Shown one piece after another: positions 56,463 to 64,000 of a DNA stretch of 64,000 bases; position 1 is the first letter of the stretch; every line of letters begins with the position of its first letter. The translations under genes were made by a program, and so were the position numbers. The DNA is from Candidatus Bathyarchaeum tardum. Lineage in GTDB: Archaea; Thermoproteota; Bathyarchaeia; Bathyarchaeales; Bathyarchaeaceae. The stretch spans positions 1,728,001-1,792,000 of the forward strand of contig CP122380.1 of assembly GCA_024650005.2 (NCBI GenBank), given 5' to 3'. The notes under the pieces are model-generated. The model was not told where the DNA came from. It ran no database searches and saw only the letters and a program-made list of their open reading frames with translations.

Positions 56463-57263
56463 CTAACAAGTTACAACAGACAAACAAAACCTGTCCCCAA
56501 CACGCGCACCGAAAACTTTTGAAGCATCTCCCTGATTAACGGCAACTTCAACAAATCCATTGTCCCCAACTAATACCAAACAATGCCCCAAATCAACTTC
56601 TCCGTAAACTGAACAAAATGGAGCCATCAAACGTTGACTTCCAACAACCAATGAAACACGCTTCCCTACAGTAATTCCTGCTTTTTCAAGATGCTGTATG
56701 GAAATGTTGCTGATTATGTTGCCAAAATCGTCGATGTGCAAGACTTCTCCCATTATTTTTCTAGGTTCTGTTATTGGGTTAGTAAACTTGGGAACAAAAT
56801 AATCGTGTATTTCGGGTCCAAACTCACGAGGAGTTACACCCTTTGTTAGGTGAGCAGCGATAGGAGCAAACACGTCACGCCCATGAAAAGTTTGAGACAC
56901 TACAGGAAGCATGTAGTTCGTGTTTTCAATACAGTAAACATGGGTAATTGTTTCCTTTTGGGCTGCTAATATCAAAAGTCCATTATCGGGTCCAACAAAG
57001 AAACTGCGCAGGGTTTCTACGATGATTGGGCGACGTTTTGTTCCCACTCCTGGATCTACAACTGCAAGATGAACTGTTTTTGAAGGAAAATACAGAGCCG
57101 CGGAAGCTAAACAGTAAGCACCATGGGCTATACTAAATTTTGTAACCTGATGAGTTATATCCACAAGGCGAACTTGTGGGTTAATGGACAAGATAACAGC
57201 TTTCATTTCTGCAACGTAGGGGTCTTTTTGACCAAAATCAGTAAGTAACGAAATTATAGACAC
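56463..57263 (-). CDS. SAM hydroxide adenosyltransferase (DUF62, chlorinase/fluorinase family)
   Basis: LLTDFG, VVDPGVG, GPDNG, TFHGRDVF, IDDFGN; GTG 57263 preferred. Confidence 0.9.
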   Translation of the reverse strand: MSIISLLTDFGQKDPYVAEMKAVILSINPQVRLVDITHQVTKFSIAHGAYCLASAALYFPSKTVHLAVVDPGVGTKRRPIIVETLRSFFVGPDNGLLILAAQKETITHVYCIENTNYMLPVVSQTFHGRDVFAPIAAHLTKGVTPREFGPEIHDYFVPKFTNPITEPRKIMGEVLHIDDFGNIISNISIQHLEKAGITVGKRVSLVVGSQRLMAPFCSVYGEVDLGHCLVLVGDNGFVEVAVNQGDASKVFGARVGDRFCLSVVTC

Positions 57264-57340
57264 CCTTTGTCCCTCAAATTGAGTTGATGACTTGCCATAT
57301 TTAATAACTGTTCTTTGAGTAGGATGTATGGGAAAAAACA

Positions 57341-58105
57341 GTGCAAACAAACCAAATAGTGCCTCTAGAAAAGCTGACGGAAACAAAACAAGGTCAGGTA
57401 CTGTGTTATCCCAGATTTGAACAACAAGAACTTGAAAAGCGCATTAAAGAACTGGAAAGCCTTGGAGTCAAAACACTAGAATTTACTGGAAACAAAAGCG
57501 TTTTTAATGTTCCTGTTCTGGGAAAAGGATGCGTCGGCATTGTCGTAATTGCCCACACTGATTCCCAAAGGCTTGCGTTAAAGATTCGACGAATTGACGC
57601 AGATAGAAAAGAAATGTTTCATGAAAGCGAAATGCTACAAAAAGCAAACAGCATAGGCATTGGACCAAAGCTAGTTGGAACTAGTGCCAATTTTCTTTTG
57701 ATGGAACTAATAGAAGGCACTCATTTTCCAGAATGGGCAGAATCCGTTAAAGAGCCAAAGGCAAAAATCCGTATTCAGTTGATTGCCAAAAGAGTCCTTG
57801 AAAAATGTTACCAACTTGATCAACTGGGCTTGGACCATGGTGAATTAAGCAACGCATCCAAACACATCATTGTTGACCCTAAAGATAGTCCTCATTTAAT
57901 CGATTTTGAGACAGCCAGCATTAACCGTAAAGTCTCCAATGTTACTTCTGTCTGCCAGTATCTTTTGTTGGGAAGCCAAACCGCAGACAAACTAAAAGGC
58001 AAGATTGGTCCCTTAAACAAGAAAGAAATCATAAACAAATTAAGGAATTACAAACAAAACAGAACAAAAGAAAATTATGAAAAAATTCTACAACAAATTA
58101 ATTGA
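57341..58105 (+). CDS. Archaeal Ser/Thr protein kinase-like protein
   Basis: LGKG-x-x-G-x-V, ALK, DHGELS, IDFE. Confidence 0.85.
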   Translation: MQTNQIVPLEKLTETKQGQVLCYPRFEQQELEKRIKELESLGVKTLEFTGNKSVFNVPVLGKGCVGIVVIAHTDSQRLALKIRRIDADRKEMFHESEMLQKANSIGIGPKLVGTSANFLLMELIEGTHFPEWAESVKEPKAKIRIQLIAKRVLEKCYQLDQLGLDHGELSNASKHIIVDPKDSPHLIDFETASINRKVSNVTSVCQYLLLGSQTADKLKGKIGPLNKKEIINKLRNYKQNRTKENYEKILQQIN

Positions 58106-58120
58106 ACCATAAAGGTGAAA

Positions 58121-58735
58121 TTAATGTTTCCCGAAAACTAAACGATCAGTAACAACAGAAACAGCATAGAATATATCGTCGGGGTCTAAGTCGTCTGTAG
58201 AAAGAACCAAGTTAAAAGGCGTCAAATCGTGTCCTAATTCGAAGCCATATAGTTTTTTGTATATTTGTCGGGTTTCTTCGTCTTTTTCGGTTAATGCTTT
58301 TAGGGCTTCTTCGGCGGTCATTCCGTCCCGTTTTAATACACGTGTTGCTCTAACTTGAGGAGAAGCTTCTAACCAAATTTTGAAACCTTTGGCTTTCAAA
58401 AGCCAAGGTACTGTCCAGCTGTCTAAAACAACGTTTCCTTCTTCGGCTAGTTCTAACAGTTTTTCATCAATTTTTTTGTCAAAACTGGGGTCTTCTTTGC
58501 GTTTCTGTAGAAAAGCTAACCCTTCAGAGGATTCCCACCAACCGTTTACTTCTGAATGGTACCCTTCTTCTTTTGCTAATATACGCATAGCGTTTCCACC
58601 AGAAAAATAATTTAACTCATATTTTTCAGCTAATTTTTTTGCTACTGTACTTTTGCCAGAGCCAGTCATTCCACTGACACAAATTATTACTTTTTGATTA
58701 TTATCGCCACAACTATTTTCCACGTTTGCCAACAC
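58121..58735 (-). CDS. cmk: Cytidylate kinase (archaeal type)
   Basis: SG-x-x-GSGKST-x-A, D-x-x-ID, Y-x-x-x-YG; spc-cluster position. Confidence 0.85.
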   Translation of the reverse strand: MLANVENSCGDNNQKVIICVSGMTGSGKSTVAKKLAEKYELNYFSGGNAMRILAKEEGYHSEVNGWWESSEGLAFLQKRKEDPSFDKKIDEKLLELAEEGNVVLDSWTVPWLLKAKGFKIWLEASPQVRATRVLKRDGMTAEEALKALTEKDEETRQIYKKLYGFELGHDLTPFNLVLSTDDLDPDDIFYAVSVVTDRLVFGKH

Positions 58736-58786
58736 CCACGTTACTGTTTAAAATGTGTTGTCCAAATCAACCTTAAAACCCAACAT

Positions 58787-59329
58787 TTAGTCAACTGCCC
58801 CCGTTAATCCGAAGATACGTTGGAAGAATGCACCAAATGTGAATGAACAAATAAGATACCAATAAAACAGGGTAAGGGGCATGACTCCACCAAACCATGG
58901 AAGGTATGCAACAGGGTCGGGTCCAATGAATGGGCTATCAAATAGTTTCATTCCAAGAATGCTTCCAGTCAATATTAACCAAACAACAAAGAATACCGCC
59001 ATCGTGATAGGCATTACTCGAAACTGTTTCGAAGTCAACGAAAGAGATTGAGACTGAAGAGCAAGAAGCTGCTTTTCTTGTTTTTGACCTTTCTTGAGAA
59101 GTTTTTTGTCACCAGTTTCTTTGGCTTCTTTCATGATGGCATTTTTTTCTTTAGTTAATGCAGAGATTCTTTTCTGGAGATCCCTGAGTTGTTGGCGGTG
59201 TTCTTTAGGCATGAAACGTGTATTAATGAAAGAAGAGGATAGGGACATGACTATAGAAACAAATAGAACTATAAGCGTGACAACAGGAGGTTGGGCTAAA
59301 GAACTCATTAGTTTTTCCTCCAGCAACAT
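58787..59329 (-). CDS. EMC3/TMCO1 (DUF106, Oxa1 superfamily) membrane protein
   Basis: TM-coiled coil-TM-TM, WYLICS; follows secY. Confidence 0.85.
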   Translation of the reverse strand: MLLEEKLMSSLAQPPVVTLIVLFVSIVMSLSSSFINTRFMPKEHRQQLRDLQKRISALTKEKNAIMKEAKETGDKKLLKKGQKQEKQLLALQSQSLSLTSKQFRVMPITMAVFFVVWLILTGSILGMKLFDSPFIGPDPVAYLPWFGGVMPLTLFYWYLICSFTFGAFFQRIFGLTGAVD

Positions 59330-59403
59330 GTACTTTTGGCAATATGAAAGTGTTTGCCAATTTCAGGTGCAACTGTTACGTTAATAGTTTTATTCAATAT
59401 TTA

Positions 59404-60837
59404 TCATCCCAATACTTTACCTAGAGCAGGATACATTTCTGCAACTTGTTCTTGCACAAGCAGTTGATAATACTGATACAGTATACCTACAGCAAGCAAG
59501 ATACCAACTCCAGATCCGAATACACCAAAGAAGCCAGCAACAGCTGCAATAAGTCCAACTATTGCACCACCAAGCACAGTAACTACTGGAATATATCGCT
59601 GAAGTATCATTTCTATGGATTTTCCTGACCTACGGAATCCAGGAATCTGCATGCCTGAATCAACAAGCTGTTTTGCAACGGTACCAGGTCCTAGACCACC
59701 GACTTCTAGCCAAGTTAAAGAAAAGATTACAGAAAATACAACCATAATCAATGAATAAATTGCTGCACGCAATGGATCAGCAACTAAGCCTGCAATACCA
59801 TTAGGAGCAGTCACATAGTAAGCAAGACCTCCAACTAACTGAGGCCCAACAGCAGGATCAGTCGTAGCATATGTTCCTAAGAGTTGAGCAAAAAAGTTGT
59901 CAGGACCCCAAGGCTGAGTATATAATAGCTGAGCTACCACGGCAACATTAGCAAACAATGCTGAAGCAAATATTACAGGCAAGTTTGAGACATAAAGAAG
60001 CTTAATTGGATATTTTCCACGGAAGCCTCGATAATTGGCGTGTGAAATTGGAAGTTCAACACGGACACCTTCCATGTAAATTACTAAGATGAACACAGCT
60101 ACAGTTGCTATTAATCCTATCATGCTTGGATAAGTAGTAAGAACACCATTAGCATCAACACGCAAGAAAGCATCAACTATTGGACTGCCGCTAGCAATTA
60201 CTTCACCAAGAGCAATAAAAGCACCATAGTTGCGACCATCAGCTACAACAGCGGTTATTCCAAAACTATCCCACATGATTCTTTGGGCAACACCTCCAAG
60301 AATGAAAAGACTGATTCCGCTTCCAAGACCCCAGCCTTTTTGCATCATTTCATCTAAAAGCATTAGTATAATACCTGCAAATATAAGCTGGGCAAATATT
60401 ATTACGGCAGTTACAGTATCCAAAACTCCGAATACTCCACCTAGCAGATAAGCAGAAGCTTGTACTACAGTAAGCAATACAGCAAAGAACTTAGTAGCTG
60501 CAGTGAAAAGTGCACGGTCTTCAGGATTTCCTAAGTCAGCATTGATTATGCTAGACCCAATGAGGAGCTGCAAAATCAGGCCACCAGTTACAATTGGTCC
60601 AATACCAAGGGTTGTAAGGGTTCCTTGGTTTGAGGCAAAAATTATTTGATACGCATCAAAACCTTGTCCACCACTGGTAACATTGAAGAGGTTTATTTGG
60701 CTCATAACAAGGTAGATTATGAGCGCCATTGCAGTCCAGAAAAGTTTTTCGTTGAAGCTTACTTTCCGACTTGGTGAACCTACTTCGGGCATAAACCGTG
60801 AGAGGGGTCCGAAAAATGAAAGAAATTTGCCAGCCAT
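59404..60837 (-). CDS. secY: Preprotein translocase subunit SecY
   Basis: LGIGPIVT, KGWGLGSGISLFI, YPIKLLYVSNLP, IPGFRR. Confidence 0.97.
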   Translation of the reverse strand: MAGKFLSFFGPLSRFMPEVGSPSRKVSFNEKLFWTAMALIIYLVMSQINLFNVTSGGQGFDAYQIIFASNQGTLTTLGIGPIVTGGLILQLLIGSSIINADLGNPEDRALFTAATKFFAVLLTVVQASAYLLGGVFGVLDTVTAVIIFAQLIFAGIILMLLDEMMQKGWGLGSGISLFILGGVAQRIMWDSFGITAVVADGRNYGAFIALGEVIASGSPIVDAFLRVDANGVLTTYPSMIGLIATVAVFILVIYMEGVRVELPISHANYRGFRGKYPIKLLYVSNLPVIFASALFANVAVVAQLLYTQPWGPDNFFAQLLGTYATTDPAVGPQLVGGLAYYVTAPNGIAGLVADPLRAAIYSLIMVVFSVIFSLTWLEVGGLGPGTVAKQLVDSGMQIPGFRRSGKSIEMILQRYIPVVTVLGGAIVGLIAAVAGFFGVFGSGVGILLAVGILYQYYQLLVQEQVAEMYPALGKVLG

Positions 60838-60971
60838 GATACTTCCTCAATTCTTGAATCTAACAGTGTCTAAACTGATTTGTTAAGTTGCGTATGTTGA
60901 ACACAAATATAAACACTTTGACGTAATTTGCGAACATAAAGAGGCAGAATAACAAAAAAGAAAAATGAAGT

Positions 60972-61421
60972 TTATTCAGCTTCTGCTTCTTGGAGGATTG
61001 CTCCACCTGCTTCCACGAGTTTCTTAGAAGCAGACTCAGAATAAGCTGAAACTTTAACAAGAACAGGCTTTGATATTTTACCAGTCCCCAAAAGTTTGTC
61101 AAAACCAAGGCGTTCTAAATCTAAAACGACCTTGTTTTCTTTTCGTTCCAGTTTTTCAACTGCATCTAAGTGATCAACTAAGTCATCAAGTTTTCCAACA
61201 TTGATGATTTTAACTTTGGAATTAAGAGTTTTAGTGGACACAAAACCATGCTTAAGCCAATAGGTAGGATCATGCTTTATAACATAGGTCCATTTGTGTT
61301 TGTCAAGACCTGCTTTTCCAGTTCCTCCCCGTCCACCTCGTGACCGGTGTTGACCTATCTGACCGTATCCATGTGTTCGAGAGCCTCGATATTTTCTTAC
61401 TTTTCTCATTTTAGTTGGCAA
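60972..61421 (-). CDS. rpl15: 50S ribosomal protein uL15
   Basis: RGSRTHGYG, GGRG, DKLLGTG. Confidence 0.95.
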   Translation of the reverse strand: MPTKMRKVRKYRGSRTHGYGQIGQHRSRGGRGGTGKAGLDKHKWTYVIKHDPTYWLKHGFVSTKTLNSKVKIINVGKLDDLVDHLDAVEKLERKENKVVLDLERLGFDKLLGTGKISKPVLVKVSAYSESASKKLVEAGGAILQEAEAE

Positions 61422-61434
61422 ATGTTAAACCTCA

Positions 61435-61962
61435 CTATTTAATTGAAACTTTATTATCTATTTTCTTTGATTTTTCCATTTTAACTTCCAATACACCGTT
61501 CTTGTAAGATGCCTTTGCAGACTTGGGTTTCACTTTAGTTGGCAGTTTTAGTTCATCATACCATTCAAAGTCTTCGGCATCAACGGTTAGAGTTAAACAT
61601 GTTTCAGTTACCCAAAGATCGATGTCATCTTTGGTGATTCCCGGAAGTTGAGCCAAAACCACCAAGGTCTCTGTTTCTTCAATGAAATCAACTAGAGGTT
61701 CAGATTCATCATCTTCGAAGTCTGCATCGTCATATAGGGCTTGATTTTTATTCATTTCGCGAATCTTTGGTTTTCCATCGGGACCAACTCGTATGGAAAA
61801 TCCACGAAATGAACTTTTTCCAGATGATTCGTCCTTGGAGGAATTTTCAAAGGCTTTTTGCATTGTTTCGTCGATTAAGTCACCTAGTTTTTCTAACTCA
61901 TCATAGATGTCATTTAGCCAAGGCGCTTTCTTTTTTCTGCGCCTCCACCAAGGGTCGCTCAT
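61435..61962 (-). CDS. hsp20: Small heat-shock protein Hsp20
   Basis: G-x-S-x-x-x-GPDGKP-x-IRE, EPLVD, LPG, ASYKNGVLEV. Confidence 0.9.
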   Translation of the reverse strand: MSDPWWRRRKKKAPWLNDIYDELEKLGDLIDETMQKAFENSSKDESSGKSSFRGFSIRVGPDGKPKIREMNKNQALYDDADFEDDESEPLVDFIEETETLVVLAQLPGITKDDIDLWVTETCLTLTVDAEDFEWYDELKLPTKVKPKSAKASYKNGVLEVKMEKSKKIDNKVSIK

Positions 61963-62026
61963 TGCAATTCCTCTGTACCTGTGAATTGTGCTGACACGGT
62001 AACTATAAAGATTATCGCTAAAACGA

Positions 62027-62506
62027 TTATATCATACGTTTCAGCAAATCGTTAATTGCTTCTCCGCGATATCCAGCTTCGCCGCCTGCAACATAGCTCT
62101 TTTTGGTTTTTCCTTTGTATCCTTTACTAGGGGGTCGAAGACGAAACACAGGTTTCACTTCAGGTAGGCTACTAAAATCTACTTCCACGTTTACTATTGC
62201 TTCAGCTAAGGCATCCAAAGAATCATAGCCTAATTCTTTAGCGAATTCATCAGTTAGTTTTTTGTCACCCGGAAGTCGACCGCGTTTCTTAAGAAGCATG
62301 GCTACTGTTTCTTTAGAAGCGTCACCCCAAGTTATACAGTTTTTACTTTTCTGTAACATGCCCTTGTATGCTGGACGATCATCAAGCAATGTAGCGTGAC
62401 AGTTACGAGTTAAACGCAACATCATCAAGGTATCTTTGGTTTCTTGAGGAATATCACTTAAACCGCGAATTCGAACAGCAACCAAACATTTCCTTTGTTC
62501 TGCCAT
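62027..62506 (-). CDS. rpl30: 50S ribosomal protein uL30
   Basis: AVRIRG, FRLRPP-x-KG, GYRGEAIN-x-L. Confidence 0.95.
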   Translation of the reverse strand: MAEQRKCLVAVRIRGLSDIPQETKDTLMMLRLTRNCHATLLDDRPAYKGMLQKSKNCITWGDASKETVAMLLKKRGRLPGDKKLTDEFAKELGYDSLDALAEAIVNVEVDFSSLPEVKPVFRLRPPSKGYKGKTKKSYVAGGEAGYRGEAINDLLKRMI

Positions 62507-62507
62507 T

Positions 62508-63143
62508 TTAACGCACCCAATCCCCTGGAGTAACCAACAAGTAGGTTTTCTTCAAAGCATCGAAAACTGCAAAAGAGAAAGATGGAATTGTCCGGGTTGA
62601 ACCATAGCTTTTGGTCCAACAGTCTTTTACTCCAGCTAAACCTAGAATGATTTTTGCGGTTTCACTTGCGACAATACCCAGACCACGGGGTCCAGGAATC
62701 AATACAATTTCAACTCCTCCACATTCACCTTGAACTTGGAAGGGCATTGAATGGTGTTTTCCACATCCACATTCCCATGATCCGCAGCCGCGACGAATAG
62801 GAGTGATTTTAAGGCGTGCATTAACTGCAGCTTTTTCTATTGCGCCACGTACTTGGCTTGCTTTTCCTGATGCTACGCCGATGTAACCGTCACGGTTTCC
62901 TACAACTACGATAGCTCTGAATTGTGATTTCTCTCCAGCGTCAGTTTGTTTCTGTACTAGACCAATATCTAGGACTTCTTCCTGAAGATTTGGAAGCAAA
63001 GTGTTCACTATTTCGGGTTCACGTATCTTAAGCCCTTCCATGAACAACTCTTCCATCGAAGAGATTTGTCCTTCAAGAACCATTTTTCCCAGTTTAGTCC
63101 GGGGAACCCAAGTTTCAAACTTTTCGTCTCTATTGGACCTCAT
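62508..63143 (-). CDS. rps5: 30S ribosomal protein uS5
   Basis: WVPRTKLG, QKQTDAGE, RRGCGSWEC, PGPRGLG. Confidence 0.97.
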   Translation of the reverse strand: MRSNRDEKFETWVPRTKLGKMVLEGQISSMEELFMEGLKIREPEIVNTLLPNLQEEVLDIGLVQKQTDAGEKSQFRAIVVVGNRDGYIGVASGKASQVRGAIEKAAVNARLKITPIRRGCGSWECGCGKHHSMPFQVQGECGGVEIVLIPGPRGLGIVASETAKIILGLAGVKDCWTKSYGSTRTIPSFSFAVFDALKKTYLLVTPGDWVR

Positions 63144-63153
63144 GTTTATCCCT

Positions 63154-63759
63154 CTATTGTTTCACCTTTTCTTCAAACGAAGATGTAATTTTTTCTTTGA
63201 CTGCCGAAAAGTGTTCAGGCAGCTCTTCTGGTTTAATTTTTTGTGCCAGATATTTTGAGAACTTTTGTTTGTAGACTTCAGGTTCTTCAGACAACTGGCT
63301 TGCATATTCTGCAATGTGTTCACCGCTAATACGAGATTCTTCAGGAAGAATTTCTTCACTGTGAGGAACATCAACACCTGCATCTACTAATCCCTTTAGG
63401 GCAGCAAATATTCTTGTGCCTTTAACGGGAATGTGAAGACCAATATCTAAGAAAGCGGTTTCCACTCCGTTAGCTAAGGCTTTGTAACCACACAGCAAAC
63501 CAGTAAGATAGGCGGATGGAATGTTTCCACCATTACATTTCCAGCCATAAGTTTTCACTAACTCATGAGAGTGAGCTGAAACTACTACTTTGTCTCCGAT
63601 TGATTCCGCCTCAATTACCTGAGCAATCACATTTTTCAAGCTGAGACGAACAACAACACGGGGCACACGTGAAAGAACAAGCGCTCTACGTGTTCGATAA
63701 TTTGTTTTTCCTTCCCGTCTTCTACGGAAGGCTACTCTGTACCTAGGACCAGTTGCCAT
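63154..63759 (-). CDS. rpl18: 50S ribosomal protein uL18
   Basis: GPRYRV[12 protein letters not shown], AYLTG, G-x-HIAEY. Confidence 0.97.
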   Translation of the reverse strand: MATGPRYRVAFRRRREGKTNYRTRRALVLSRVPRVVVRLSLKNVIAQVIEAESIGDKVVVSAHSHELVKTYGWKCNGGNIPSAYLTGLLCGYKALANGVETAFLDIGLHIPVKGTRIFAALKGLVDAGVDVPHSEEILPEESRISGEHIAEYASQLSEEPEVYKQKFSKYLAQKIKPEELPEHFSAVKEKITSSFEEKVKQ

Positions 63760-64000
63760 TTAACGTCTCCTCCACATATCTTTTGCTTTAATGTAGCGCT
63801 CTAAATCTGCTTTAGATTCAAAGACACCACTTTCGGACATGTCATACAATTTTCGGTAAGTACTCTCGGTAATTGCGCGAGTTTCTTTCAATTCACGCAG
63901 TCGGCGTCGTATAGGCCGAATTCTGTTAATCCAAGCCTGTTTCTTAGAAATCTTTGAACGAGCAGGACCACTTTTTCCTCCTGGACCTCGCCTCAAACCT
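63760..64000 (-). CDS. rpl19e: 50S ribosomal protein eL19, 3' part (runs off the window)
   Basis: RRGPG, W-x-x-RIR-x-x-R, YRKLY. Confidence 0.9.
   Translation of the reverse strand, partial: GLRRGPGGKSGPARSKISKKQAWINRIRPIRRRLRELKETRAITESTYRKLYDMSESGVFESKADLERYIKAKDMWRRR

Noticed and set aside
56463-57386. Fluorinase/chlorinase and long start at 57386
   Set aside because: Has the RD and FHG motifs of ordinary DUF62 SAM hydrolases; the long start overlaps the divergent kinase
862-63383. Many 60-140 aa antisense or nested ORFs in the track
   Set aside because: Shadows of well-supported genes

Overview
Archaeal chromosome segment, probably Bathyarchaeia. The taxonomy is inferred from archaeal r-proteins, Alba, aIF-1A, SecY and abundant PEF-CTERM, PQQ-like and NosD surface proteins. 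The right two-thirds is mostly housekeeping: pckG, thiL, a MetE-like gene, Nudix pair, a complete type IV pilus locus, an ABC-2 exporter, ogt, nadM, a P-type ATPase, cmk, and the end of the spc operon with an Hsp20 gene between rpl30 and rpl15. About 4.5-15.4 kb is an accessory region ending at tRNA-Thr(TGT). It holds: (i) a membrane-anchored wHTH regulator beside SHOCT/Cys-His microprotein genes whose two promoters share an identically spaced 3x GTTTCA (11-bp period)-GAAC-CTTAAG architecture; (ii) an AbiE-like wHTH/NTase pair with a palindromic operator; (iii) a full-length decayed tRNA-Thr copy plus an att-like 3' remnant; (iv) an unannotated RHH / 41-aa / Zn-ribbon microprotein operon; (v) PEF-CTERM surface-protein cassettes sharing a GTCAA-N6-TTGAC operator with a frameshifted RHH gene. 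No CRISPR array, rRNA, integrase or transposase was seen. All calls are by eye, with no database searches.
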